Of a stretch of 54,218 nt of DNA, positions 45,275 through 54,218 are shown one piece after another. The notes under the pieces are model-generated. The model saw only the letters and a list, made by a program, of their open reading frames with translations. It was not told the DNA's origin and did no database searches. The stretch comes from a virus (taxonomy: Duplodnaviria; Caudoviricetes), in IMG/VR virus record IMGVR_UViG_3300037478_000320, positions 1 to 54,218 of that record, one strand, 5' to 3'. A program made the translations under genes and the position numbers. Each line of letters opens with the position of its first letter. The first letter of the stretch is position 1.

Positions 45275-45436
45275 TCCGACTCCAGTCCTCGTAATGGATC
45301 ACGGGTCGGGAATTGACGGCGTCGATCAGAAACCCCTCGAGGTCGTTCAGGAGCTTCTCGTTGCAACGACGAACGGTGAAGACGGTATAGACGCAAATCG
45401 CGGCGGTGATCGAGGTAAGCAGTAGGTGCGCCCAGA

Positions 45437-45760
45437 TCATTCGCTATCCTCCAAGGGGTCGTCTCCAGGAAACCAGATCCCTTCTGCACCCTGCTCCACT
45501 GCCTCACACATCGCGGCGTCTAACATCTCGTGTACACGGGTGGTGCCGTCCTCCGCCTCGGCATCGAGTCCGTATCGGAGTACGTCAGCGGCGAAGAGAT
45601 TGGGGTCCTCGACCCTTATGCCGATAAATTCACCCTCAAGCTCGTTGTAGTCCTCGAGGGCGGGTCCATTTTCGGCGGCGAAAGCGAGAGTCTCGACGCC
45701 GATGCTAACGATCAGCCGTCCATCGACGATCTCGACCTGAAGTGGTTGTTGGCGACTCAC
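45437..45760 (-). CDS. Hypothetical acidic protein
   Basis: 107 aa, GTGA coupling to the endolysin stop. Confidence 0.6.
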   Translation of the reverse strand: MSRQQPLQVEIVDGRLIVSIGVETLAFAAENGPALEDYNELEGEFIGIRVEDPNLFAADVLRYGLDAEAEDGTTRVHEMLDAAMCEAVEQGAEGIWFPGDDPLEDSE

Positions 45761-46527
45761 TCCGCACCCCCGTACGCGAATTCAATGACTCTGGGGAGGT
45801 GGTCTAACATCCACTCATCACCTGGGTCATTCTTGGTCGCGTGAATGTCACGGTGTCCAACGCTGGCGAGGTGCTTTGGCATCGGGTATGCGTTGACGAT
45901 TGCGCGGGCGACTCGAGCTGCGGCCTCAACCTGCGCCGGGGTGTAGTCCTCGCCGTTGAGCGACACAAGTTCGATCCCGACGGCGAAGTGGTTGGCCGCT
46001 CCAACCCCCAGGATCGGTATCGAGAGCTTGCCGCCGGCGTGCCACCCACCCGCGGTGAGCGGAAGCATCTGCCAGATGCGCCCGTCTTCATCGATGGTGA
46101 TATGCCACGACGACTCAGGATCGTCTTTGGCTCTGGCGGTGGCGCGGCGCTCGGCCATGTTCTCCGCGGTGTCCGGTCCCGTCGCCGTGTAGTGCCAGAC
46201 GATCGCCTTGGGCGTCGGGCTCGTCAGGTGCGCGTAGTACCAGGACGGGTGAGACGGGCGTAGGTGAACGCCACGGCCGACGAGCCAGTCAGCCGACGAG
46301 ACGTAAAGCGACTCTAGGTCGCCGAAGCCTGATCGCGGAGTGTATGCCGCCCGTTGCTCGGCGATCGCCTTCCGCGTCTTCGGGCCGAGCATCCCGTCAA
46401 CGGTGAGTCCATGAGCCTGTTGGAACGCGAGCGTTAGCTCCGTGATCTCGAAGGCGATCAATTCGCCGAAGAAATCGGCGTCATCAAAATGGGTCTCGTT
46501 GTAGCGATCCGCTTTGCGATAGTTCAT
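45757..46527 (-). CDS. Endolysin: peptidoglycan-binding domain plus Amidase_2
   Basis: FQ..HGL.VDG..GP.T; IVWHYTA, S.H, WHAG, GIE, GH.D...K.DPG. Confidence 0.9.
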   Translation of the reverse strand: MNYRKADRYNETHFDDADFFGELIAFEITELTLAFQQAHGLTVDGMLGPKTRKAIAEQRAAYTPRSGFGDLESLYVSSADWLVGRGVHLRPSHPSWYYAHLTSPTPKAIVWHYTATGPDTAENMAERRATARAKDDPESSWHITIDEDGRIWQMLPLTAGGWHAGGKLSIPILGVGAANHFAVGIELVSLNGEDYTPAQVEAAARVARAIVNAYPMPKHLASVGHRDIHATKNDPGDEWMLDHLPRVIEFAYGGAE

Positions 46528-46772
46528 CCCAGGATCTCTTCCATCTTCTCGGCGAACTCGATGACGAGTCGCTCCACCTTCGCGGCGTTGCCTTCGTCGA
46601 GTTGGAGCTTCCATGACCACGGGATATGAACAAAGAAGCTGTCGTTGCCATCGACTAGATCGCTCATGTCCCCGACATCGAGCCACCCGTTCAGACGTTC
46701 CTCGAGGGTCTGGGCCAGCCTATTGATGCGCTCGTACCAATCCTTTTCCATCAACCACTCCTTTTCCGTCAC
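46524..46772 (-). CDS. Hypothetical protein
   Basis: Overlapping start/stop on both sides. Confidence 0.55.
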   Translation of the reverse strand: MTEKEWLMEKDWYERINRLAQTLEERLNGWLDVGDMSDLVDGNDSFFVHIPWSWKLQLDEGNAAKVERLVIEFAEKMEEILG

Positions 46773-47350
46773 TTTGAATCCTTCCAGGGCTGTCCAGGAT
46801 CTTTGGGCAACATGTTGAACTGGACAGCCTGTTCAATCGCCATGTTCAGGCTCGCGGCTGCGTGAGAGACGTGGGGTAGTCCCGACTCGTCATCGGCGGC
46901 GTAGGCGGCGGCCTTCATGCCCTCGACGTCCTCGAGGTTGGGATCGCTTGCCTGGTGAAGTTCCATGCTGTCGAGGGCGTCGCCGATATGATCCTGAGCG
47001 GCGCGCAGGTATGCGCGGAGCCGCTCAAAGTCCTTGGCGACACTTCCGGTGGGTCGGAGGTAGTTCGCGCGCTCGTACTTGTCGTTTCCGTATTCGCAGG
47101 CACGGGCGCAGTAAACCCGGAGAGATTTCCGTACGTGCGTCGTGTCAGGCTTAATTCCGGAGTTCAGCGCCGCTTTCATGTCTCGGGGCGCGTCGGAAGC
47201 GCCGCCGGTGAGACACTCTCCTTGACAGGAGATCGGACACGCAACCGGTTCAGCGTTGTTAAGGCAACTAGAATCGCAGCACCAAATACAGGGGTGCTGG
47301 CAATCGAGATCGTCACAGGAGTCCCCCCAGACGCAAACTTCGATGTCCAT
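46769..47350 (-). CDS. DUF5664-like dATP/dGTP diphosphohydrolase
   Basis: YG..KY...N and D.ESGLPH..HAA motifs. Confidence 0.7.
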   Translation of the reverse strand: MDIEVCVWGDSCDDLDCQHPCIWCCDSSCLNNAEPVACPISCQGECLTGGASDAPRDMKAALNSGIKPDTTHVRKSLRVYCARACEYGNDKYERANYLRPTGSVAKDFERLRAYLRAAQDHIGDALDSMELHQASDPNLEDVEGMKAAAYAADDESGLPHVSHAAASLNMAIEQAVQFNMLPKDPGQPWKDSK

Positions 47351-48507
47351 TACGCTGCCCCCATCTCCGCAATGATCTGCCCGACGCCGCGGGTGGCTTC
47401 ATTGATGCGCCCCCAGCGACGGTGATAGGTATCAATCCGCATCGACCGGACCGATCGATAACCGCCCTCGCGGTGATATCCATCTGAGCCGGCGAGGGTG
47501 TTCAGGGTCTCGATCTTCACCTTGTGGATCTCTTTCCTCGTTTCGTGGTGAACGTGTCCGGTGTAGAAGTAGCGGTTAGGGCACGCGCTCCAGTCGTCGG
47601 CGCAGTCCGCGGCCATCGTCAGCGCGAGCTCCGTTGGCTTGACGCGGTGGCCGTGATTGAATCCGATCAGATTCTCGCCGAAGCGGTGCCACTGAAACGC
47701 CGTCGGAGCGGGGTCGATGACAACCCTGGGCTCGTTTTCATAAACCATCATCAACGCCATTCGTAAAGCGGCGGTGCTCGCCGGGTCGTGGTTCCCTGGT
47801 ACGATCTTGACGTGGCAGACCCGGAACTTTTTGATGATGAGATCGATAGAGCGGCGGAAGATTCTCCCGCCGAGTCTCAGGATCTCTTCGTAGCGCCCGG
47901 CGGCGTCGAGCGCGTTCCCGCCCTTCGGCGTCTGGTTGCTGAAATTGTCGACGTGGTAGGTGTCGCCGACCGTCGCTAACAATGCTTCGTCTGCGTTGTC
48001 GGCCGACTTGACGGCCTGCGCGATCGACTCGATCATGAGTCGCTCGACGATCTCTAGGTCGAAGCGGTTGCCGGTCTCTTGCTCCCAGGCATAGAGTCCG
48101 ATATGAGGATCACCCCACGCGAGGAGTTGCATCAGCTCTTCGGTGGTGTGCTTCGGAGTCTTGACTCGGGTCGCGGGGGAGTGTCCCTCGAACAGACCCT
48201 TGATGTACTCCTCGAGTGCTCGCTGTCTCTCTTCGTCCTCGCGGGTAGAGATGAGCCAGCCGCCGGTCTCTTGCAGTGACCCATCTTCGTGGCGCTTGTA
48301 CTGAATCGATCGCCGCTTGACCGCGAGCCCTTCGCCGACGAACTCGGAGTAATCACCGTTCGGCATGATGCCATCTCGGGGACCGCCCTTTTTTCGACAG
48401 CCCTTACACTGTCCGCGGTGTCCGTCGATCGAGTCATTGCGCTTGGAGAACTCCCCTAGCGGCTTCTCGACGTGGCAGAGCGAGCAGCGCTTTTGGTGAT
48501 CAGGCAT
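47350..48507 (-). CDS. Calcineurin-like metallophosphoesterase with N-terminal zinc finger
   Basis: D.H.G, GD..H, GNHD, HGH, GH.H; N-terminal K.C..C...K....F...CK.C. Confidence 0.85.
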   Translation of the reverse strand: MPDHQKRCSLCHVEKPLGEFSKRNDSIDGHRGQCKGCRKKGGPRDGIMPNGDYSEFVGEGLAVKRRSIQYKRHEDGSLQETGGWLISTREDEERQRALEEYIKGLFEGHSPATRVKTPKHTTEELMQLLAWGDPHIGLYAWEQETGNRFDLEIVERLMIESIAQAVKSADNADEALLATVGDTYHVDNFSNQTPKGGNALDAAGRYEEILRLGGRIFRRSIDLIIKKFRVCHVKIVPGNHDPASTAALRMALMMVYENEPRVVIDPAPTAFQWHRFGENLIGFNHGHRVKPTELALTMAADCADDWSACPNRYFYTGHVHHETRKEIHKVKIETLNTLAGSDGYHREGGYRSVRSMRIDTYHRRWGRINEATRGVGQIIAEMGAA

Positions 48508-48677
48508 TCAACCCTCTAACGTCAGAGAAGTCTCTGACTATTCCGGGGCGGGCTCGATTACTGCATTAGCCAGGCGATCGAGCGTCCGTGTTATCTTGTC
48601 CTGGCACGTTCGGCAAATGACCAACGACGGCGGATCCGGCGGGGATTCGCACCCGTTCGCGCATTTCTCGAGGGGCT

Positions 48678-49031
48678 TCATCTCTGGTACAGAATCCCGG
48701 CCACAATGCCTGCGGCGAATGCGGTCCCGACGGCTCCCGACAGCAGGATATGGCGCTTGTTCGCCATGCCCCGATAGGAGTCTCGCTCTGCCTGCAAACG
48801 AGTCTCGGCGTCCTGTAGGCGGCGGATCTCCTTGTCTAGCGTGAGCCAGTCGGGCTCGGTGACGAACGTTCCCGGGGGGAAGTCGAGCTTTTCGCCACCG
48901 TCGGTGAGACAGTGTGACGGCGTCAGAATCCGAGTAGGTTCTGACGCGGCGGTGCTCGAGAGTAGTAGGACCACGATCCCGACCAGGAGCGCGATCACCC
49001 GCTTGGCGGCGAGGGGGTTACTGGACGTCAT
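48678..49031 (-). CDS. Membrane-anchored coiled-coil protein (spanin-like candidate)
   Basis: N-terminal signal/TM segment, coiled coil, C-terminal TM segment. Confidence 0.5.
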   Translation of the reverse strand: MTSSNPLAAKRVIALLVGIVVLLLSSTAASEPTRILTPSHCLTDGGEKLDFPPGTFVTEPDWLTLDKEIRRLQDAETRLQAERDSYRGMANKRHILLSGAVGTAFAAGIVAGILYQR

Positions 49032-49321
49032 GTCAGGTCCTCCCACTCGTCCCCGCTGCCGTGTGCACCAACGTAGTGCGGCCCTTCATGTCCCGGCCTG
49101 CGCTGGCATTGATACGTCGGATATATGGGGTAACGGGACTGACACCCTGTCCACTCAGGGACGGGCTCCGTCTCCTCGATGGCGTCGTCTAGGGCGTCAC
49201 GGAGTGCGATAGCGCTATCACGATTGACTGTCACGAGAGCGCGCGCCAAGCTGTTGTGCGTCATCGACATCTCGCGTACCTCTGCTCGGGGGTGATTCGC
49301 CACATGCGCTCGATCCGACAC
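49028..49321 (-). CDS. Hypothetical protein with C..C...H..H finger
   Basis: C.R..GH.GPH motif; start uncertain. Confidence 0.45.
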   Translation of the reverse strand: MSDRAHVANHPRAEVREMSMTHNSLARALVTVNRDSAIALRDALDDAIEETEPVPEWTGCQSRYPIYPTYQCQRRPGHEGPHYVGAHGSGDEWEDLT

Positions 49322-49393
49322 CGATACGCCCGACGCAACTCCTGACCCTCTCGGGCGAGCGCAGCCGCAATCTCCGGGGAGATGACAGGCGGG

Positions 49394-49972
49394 TTAGCGG
49401 ACGTCACGGGGGGCTCCGACGATGCCGGCGGCGCCGGTGCTCGGGTTCTCGGCGACGGCTTTGTCACCGGCGGCGGTGGCGACGGTGTCAGGATCGGGGC
49501 GCGAGAACACCCAGAGAAGTAGATCGATCACTGGGTGGGCGACGGCGGGAAGCTTGTTACGGAGCCAGCCAAGGACGGGCACACCGAGTTTCTTGATCAG
49601 CGAGAACCCGCCAGCGGCGGCGACAGAGACTCCGAGAGCGGGCAGGAGGGCGGCGGTCACGGTGACCCCGGCGGCGAGAGCGGCGGCGACAGCGGCACCG
49701 AAGGATCCAAGCAGGACCAGGACGGCGGCGCCAGCACCGGTGCGCAGGAAGGAGAGCGGCCCAGTCTTCGGGGCGTACTCGCGGGCGAGGCGCACGGCGA
49801 GAACCAGGGCGACGGCGGCGGCGAGCCAGTATTGACCACCGGTGACAGCCGTCAGGATCATTTCTGCCAGGTCGCCGGAGGGCTGGTCGACGAGCCCCGC
49901 GGCGGCGGCGCTCGCGGTGAAAGCGAGAAGGCCGACAGCGAAGGCGCTGGCGACGGTGATTAGGAGTTTCAT
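49394..49972 (-). CDS. Multi-TM membrane protein (holin candidate)
   Basis: About four hydrophobic helices; SD GGAAAGG; follows the tail genes. Confidence 0.6.
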   Translation of the reverse strand: MKLLITVASAFAVGLLAFTASAAAAGLVDQPSGDLAEMILTAVTGGQYWLAAAVALVLAVRLAREYAPKTGPLSFLRTGAGAAVLVLLGSFGAAVAAALAAGVTVTAALLPALGVSVAAAGGFSLIKKLGVPVLGWLRNKLPAVAHPVIDLLLWVFSRPDPDTVATAAGDKAVAENPSTGAAGIVGAPRDVR

Positions 49973-50159
49973 GGGTTTACCTTTCCTGAGTCGGTCTTAG
50001 AACGCTCCACAGGCGGAGACGGCGATCTGACAGATCGTCGAGTATTCTGACGCTAGAAGCTTGCAGATTATTCCGCCGGCGACCCCCACGATCGCCGCGT
50101 AGCGCCGCCACTTCCGCGCACGCTTGCGCTCGTCGGGGATTTCCTGTAGGGTATCAGTC

Positions 50160-50570
50160 ATGCGTCTAGCGTTGATCTTGGTGGCGGCGGGGTGTTGCCC
50201 GGTGGCGATGGTCGGCGATGAGGTAGAGCCGCCGGCTGGGGCTGAGGAAGCGATCGAGCTTATTCACCAGGAGTACACGGCGGCGTTCGACTCGCCCCGG
50301 CGTGAGGTCTCGGTGACGTGGGTGGAGTCTCTTGATTTTGATGGGCCTAGGCTCGGATGGTCTACTTCTTGCGCCGACATCTGGATCAAGTCCGTCAAAA
50401 AAGTCTCTGATTCCGCACTTGCTCACGAAATGGCACACTGCTACTCAGGAGACATGCCTGAAGGCGGATGCGTTGGCAGCTACGACAATTCCCATTCGGT
50501 GGAGTGGGTTTGGTCCTTTGGAGGGTTGGTGGTAGTCACGAAAGAGGAACTCCGAGCAGCTGGGCTATAG
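50160..50570 (+). CDS. Lipoprotein with HExxH motif (moron-like, opposite strand)
   Basis: MRLALILVAAG-C lipobox-like start; LAHEMAH. Confidence 0.65.
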   Translation: MRLALILVAAGCCPVAMVGDEVEPPAGAEEAIELIHQEYTAAFDSPRREVSVTWVESLDFDGPRLGWSTSCADIWIKSVKKVSDSALAHEMAHCYSGDMPEGGCVGSYDNSHSVEWVWSFGGLVVVTKEELRAAGL

Positions 50571-51155
50571 CGACTGAGTCATTGCGTACCACCGTGAATC
50601 AACACCGTCGTAACGTAGCGTCACGGCCCCTCCTGCAGGGATGGTTATGTTGCCCGCTCCTGGCAGTGTGAATCTGTTGGCGGCGACAGAGCTGCCGCTC
50701 TCGTGAACCAAAACCAAATTAAAGGTTGAGTTTGCGGTGCTAGTTACCACCAGAACACGACCATCAAACCCACCCGAGATGCCTGTAATAGCTGTCTGTG
50801 TGCTGGTTACCTCCTGGCGTAGGATGGCTGCATCGTCAATCCCAGAGGGACCATAGTTGTCTTGATCAGAGCTAATCGCTGCAGGGGTGATCGAACCAGT
50901 CATGGCGAAAGTCTCCGCCACGTCGAGGCCGCCTGTGACCGAGACATCCCTGCTGACGGTCAGAGTCGTGTCGTCGTCGGCGAAGACGTCATCGAGCCAC
51001 GCCGTCCAATCGTAGTTAGTCCTGTGGAGCCAGTTGAAGTAACCAGCCGGTGGGATCTGGTCGTCGGCCCAGCCACTATCCTTCTGACCGGAGCTCGGCT
51101 CGGTCTCGTTAGTTTGATCAGTGCCGAAGCGCGGAAACTCTGTAGGTTTAGCCAT
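50565..51155 (-). CDS. Short tail fibre protein
   Basis: N-terminal P......GW.....P.A..FNW fibre-anchor motif; C-terminal L.YD....RW. Confidence 0.75.
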   Translation of the reverse strand: MAKPTEFPRFGTDQTNETEPSSGQKDSGWADDQIPPAGYFNWLHRTNYDWTAWLDDVFADDDTTLTVSRDVSVTGGLDVAETFAMTGSITPAAISSDQDNYGPSGIDDAAILRQEVTSTQTAITGISGGFDGRVLVVTSTANSTFNLVLVHESGSSVAANRFTLPGAGNITIPAGGAVTLRYDGVDSRWYAMTQSL

Positions 51156-51717
51156 TGGAGACTCCTGCTAGGTGGCTCTGATTGAACCCTGGGCCCAAGT
51201 TGAAAGTGAACATATCGACCGGCTCGCTCTCGCCCCACTCCAAGATCGCACGCACGCCGCCGCGCCTTCCCTGGTTCAGAAACTTGATCGTGACTTCAGC
51301 CGCGTCCGACGTGATCGCCGCGTCGCGGATGCGGAGAACCATCGTCCGGTTGTGTTGGTGGACAAACTCGATGCGGGGATCGAAGTCCGCTAGCGCCAGC
51401 TTGGCGATCCGGATCAGCTCCTCGGGGGTGCCAGAGGATCGGTTGATCGCGATGCGCACGTACAGGAACCGGCGGTAAGTGTCATCGTCGTTTCCGAGCC
51501 GGGGCTGATTGACGATGACGCCGATCTGATCGAGCTGGTCCCCCACCGCGGTGTCGATGTCTCGCTCCGTCAGGAGCTGCCACAGCGCGTCCTCGAGCGG
51601 CTGCGCCGGGGTCATCAGTACCGTCAGGAACGCTTTCAGCTTCGGCTGATCCCTGAACTGACTGGGGAGACGCGCGAGTCCGCGCTCGACGTGGTCTTCG
51701 ATCTTGGAGATGCTCAC
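51148..51717 (-). CDS. Baseplate wedge protein (DUF2612-like)
   Basis: DTA.G.QLD.IG.IV...R...DD..YR motif. Confidence 0.85.
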   Translation of the reverse strand: MSISKIEDHVERGLARLPSQFRDQPKLKAFLTVLMTPAQPLEDALWQLLTERDIDTAVGDQLDQIGVIVNQPRLGNDDDTYRRFLYVRIAINRSSGTPEELIRIAKLALADFDPRIEFVHQHNRTMVLRIRDAAITSDAAEVTIKFLNQGRRGGVRAILEWGESEPVDMFTFNLGPGFNQSHLAGVSNG

Positions 51718-53063
51718 GGCGTACCGTCCGAGCTAGTGACGTCGACGCGGCTCGAGTCATAGTCGGCGATCTGCCGCGTACTGATCGGCACGGTCGTCGA
51801 CGTAGAAGGGGAAGCTTCGTCGTCGAGCAAAACCTCGGTTACATCGATAACTCCGGCGACGGTGAAGCAGGCGGCGCTGATCCTCGAGGCGACGGCGTCG
51901 ACCCCGGTCACACCACCGAGTGCAGCAACCGCCGCCTTCACCTGAGTGTCGCCATCGCTTGGGTACGTGGTCACGTCTTTCGTCAGAGTAACTTCGACGT
52001 GGATCTCGACCTCGGTAGGGCGGGAGAACTTGACCGTCTGCTCGGTGCCCTCGGAGTCGTCAACGGTTCCAACCTCGGTTCCGTGGGTGTCACCTCCGCG
52101 GAAGTCCCACAACGTCTGCCAGATGTCCTGATCTTCGCCCCCCTGAACCAGCGCTTCGATATGTCCGGGTGGGACTCCGTCGCCGTCGGTCTCGTTGGTA
52201 ATATTTTCGAAGACGGTAGCGGCGGTGACGTCAGGGGTGATGTCCGGGTCGATCAGACCGGCGCGGATAGCGTCGACCGTAGACTTACCCTGACCGGTCA
52301 GCTCATCGACGCGCCGGAGCCGGAGTTCTTCGTCGGTCTCGACGTTCCGCCCTAGCGTAGCGTCGAGCAGGTTGATAACCATGTCCCAGCCGGTGACCGG
52401 GGTCTCGATCTCGGTCAGGTCCCCGGACAGCGCGACCAGCGGACCGGTCTCCACCGACGTGGCTTCGACATCGACGGCGGCGAGACCGTCCCCCAGGTAG
52501 ATCCAGGTGACCGTGTTGTCGGCGAGGGTGTCGCCCTGGTCGAGCCCGTCGGGGTCGGGTCCGTCCGGGGTGTCGCTCGTTCCGGCAACGGAGCACTGCC
52601 AAGCGGCGTCGGTGCTCGAGACCCTGTCGCCGACGGAGTACGCGGTCGACGCTACCCAGGCGGTCAGGGCGACTAGCTCGGCGTCGGCGGCGGTCTCGAA
52701 CAGCTCCCCGGTGCTCACCGTGCTCACGCGGGAGCCCTCCCCGACCTCTGTAGTGTCGTCTCCGGTGAGCGTGAGCGTCGCCGTCGACGATGACGCCGGC
52801 AGCCTGAGCGTTCCTGTTAGGGCAGCGAGAGACGCTAGGCGGTCGTCTTCGGCCGCGTCGGGGTCGGTGGCGTGGTAGACTGCTTCGCTCAGCTCCCAGA
52901 CGGCGGCGATTCTCTCGGCGACGATGCCGATGATCTTCCCGTCGACGGAGCCGTCAGAAAGATCTACGGAGTTTCCGAACTCCTCGCGGAAGTCGTCGTT
53001 CATGCCCTCCCGGACCTCGGGCAGGGTCAGCGAGACGAAGCCGGTTTCAGTTAGACCCGCCAA
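51714..53063 (-). CDS. Baseplate J-like protein with inserted carbohydrate-binding-like module
   Basis: G...ETD.ELR.R, V.EN.T...D..G.P.., FSRP motifs; insert WVASTAYSVGDRV...W.C..AGTS...VTW. Confidence 0.88.
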   Translation of the reverse strand: MAGLTETGFVSLTLPEVREGMNDDFREEFGNSVDLSDGSVDGKIIGIVAERIAAVWELSEAVYHATDPDAAEDDRLASLAALTGTLRLPASSSTATLTLTGDDTTEVGEGSRVSTVSTGELFETAADAELVALTAWVASTAYSVGDRVSSTDAAWQCSVAGTSDTPDGPDPDGLDQGDTLADNTVTWIYLGDGLAAVDVEATSVETGPLVALSGDLTEIETPVTGWDMVINLLDATLGRNVETDEELRLRRVDELTGQGKSTVDAIRAGLIDPDITPDVTAATVFENITNETDGDGVPPGHIEALVQGGEDQDIWQTLWDFRGGDTHGTEVGTVDDSEGTEQTVKFSRPTEVEIHVEVTLTKDVTTYPSDGDTQVKAAVAALGGVTGVDAVASRISAACFTVAGVIDVTEVLLDDEASPSTSTTVPISTRQIADYDSSRVDVTSSDGTP

Positions 53064-53067
53064 GGTA

Positions 53068-53436
53068 TCAGAATCCTACCGCAGTTTGACCCGAGGTGTC
53101 GCCGAATTCGGTACGTACGGCCCAATCCACGGACAATGCGCGGGTTTGTCCGTCGAAATCGGCCGTCAGAGAAGTGATCTCCACGACCCCGGGGGACTTC
53201 AGGAGCTCTGCGCGGATGATCTCCCGGGCGCGGGCGCGGTCAAACTTCCGCCCGAGCAGATCCTCGAAGTAGGGCACGCCTTCGTCGAGGTTGAGAAACC
53301 ACTCGCCGCGGAACAGCTTCAGACGCACTCGGATCCCCTGCGCCACGGCTTCGAGTCCGCTGACGAATTGGATCGGCACGACTAGATCGCCGTCGGCGTC
53401 GAGCTTGAAATCGATAGGTTCGTTAGCTAGTGGCAT
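53068..53436 (-). CDS. Baseplate protein (gp25/DUF2634-like)
   Basis: VAQ.I..RL..F.GEWFL....G.PY motif. Confidence 0.85.
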   Translation of the reverse strand: MPLANEPIDFKLDADGDLVVPIQFVSGLEAVAQGIRVRLKLFRGEWFLNLDEGVPYFEDLLGRKFDRARAREIIRAELLKSPGVVEITSLTADFDGQTRALSVDWAVRTEFGDTSGQTAVGF

Positions 53437-53957
53437 TAGTGAACAAGCTCCACGGTGACGACCGGTTGATAGACCGTGTCTGGTCCGACGCCTGGGGAGA
53501 ACGGAGATGCGATGACAGACAAGCGATCTCCAGCTGACACCGCTACAACGCCTGTCTCGGTGGCATCGCTCACCGAACCGGTCGCGAGATCCACCCAGAG
53601 ACCTGCGTTGACATCATCTAAGCGGATCCGGTAGCGGACGTCTTCGGCAGAACTTCCGGCGCGGTTATGGCGAGCGCTGATCGATCGAATCTCACAAGCG
53701 AACGGGACGATTAATGACATCTCAGAAGAACTAGCGGGACTATTAGCGCTAATCGGCGCCGGGTAGAGATACCTGATCGACGTAGCGTCAATATCACGAG
53801 CACCAAACACCAAGAGTGTTGACTTCTCGGTGGCAGTTAGAAGCTCGTGAGCGAACGCTTCCCACACCGCTAGCTGGGAGTCGTCAAACGACAGTCCGGT
53901 AACATCGGTCTCGATCGCGGCCTTGAGTGCAGCGCCTAACGTGTCGGCGTGGCTCAT
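53436..53957 (-). CDS. Hypothetical virion protein, beta-sandwich C-terminus
   Basis: Coupled on both sides within the baseplate operon; lower GC. Confidence 0.6.
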   Translation of the reverse strand: MSHADTLGAALKAAIETDVTGLSFDDSQLAVWEAFAHELLTATEKSTLLVFGARDIDATSIRYLYPAPISANSPASSSEMSLIVPFACEIRSISARHNRAGSSAEDVRYRIRLDDVNAGLWVDLATGSVSDATETGVVAVSAGDRLSVIASPFSPGVGPDTVYQPVVTVELVH

Positions 53958-54218
53958 GAGATCTGAGTCTCCGTCTTAGCCAGGGCGTCGATCTGGGTCT
54001 GGAACGTCGTGAAGGCTGTGTTGATCGCCGACGTCACTCCGCCACCGACTCCAGCCGCGGCAGTCGCCACAGCGGAGATAAACGTAGCCATCGCGGTCAT
54101 GAACTGAATCGCTTTGAACGTCGGCTCCACCAGTCCCTTGGTGCCCCACGGGATCGCGATGGCGTCGGACAGGGAGTGACGGCGGAGGTCGCCGGGGTCT
54201 TTCACCGCGCCCCCGGTC
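53954..54218 (-). CDS. 3' part of baseplate spike protein (Gp138-like), truncated by the window edge
   Basis: P.D.RRH.LSDA.AIP motif; frame open to the window end. Confidence 0.7.
   Translation of the reverse strand, partial: TGGAVKDPGDLRRHSLSDAIAIPWGTKGLVEPTFKAIQFMTAMATFISAVATAAAGVGGGVTSAINTAFTTFQTQIDALAKTETQIS

Overview
The window is most of the genome of a high-GC temperate myophage with a contractile tail. It starts inside the tail operon and ends inside the baseplate operon, so the tape-measure region lies outside it. An intact attP (3' half of a tRNA-Pro gene) sits mid-window, which suggests the free or circular form. The host is not determinable; Myxococcota or another high-GC phylum is only a guess. 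Minus strand: head, neck and tail genes (1-10.6 kb); terL, serine recombinase and terS (13.1-16.3 kb); and a long replication/nucleotide-metabolism arm (RuvC-like resolvase, DNA methyltransferase, split PolA, HD, MazG, tyrosine integrase, SF2 helicase, Cas4-like exonuclease, primase-helicase). Lysis and baseplate genes lie further toward the right end. The standout is a plus-strand locus at 20.1-22.0 kb. It has a stand-alone RAMP/Cas7-like gene and a winged-helix gene, followed by an array of six tracts of GGY-NN pentamers separated by five 37-nt hairpin repeats. This is a candidate RNA-guided system with a non-contiguous guide code (VIPR-like), placed behind a phage ECF sigma factor and a matching ECF-type promoter. 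Other notable items: a permuted tRNA-like RNA cluster, a PolA split by an HTH gene and carrying a DnaJ-type zinc finger, a free copy of the primase-helicase C-terminal domain beside an AT-rich putative origin, and a five-copy leaderless promoter/operator cassette. All protein calls come from motif recognition by eye, not from database searches.
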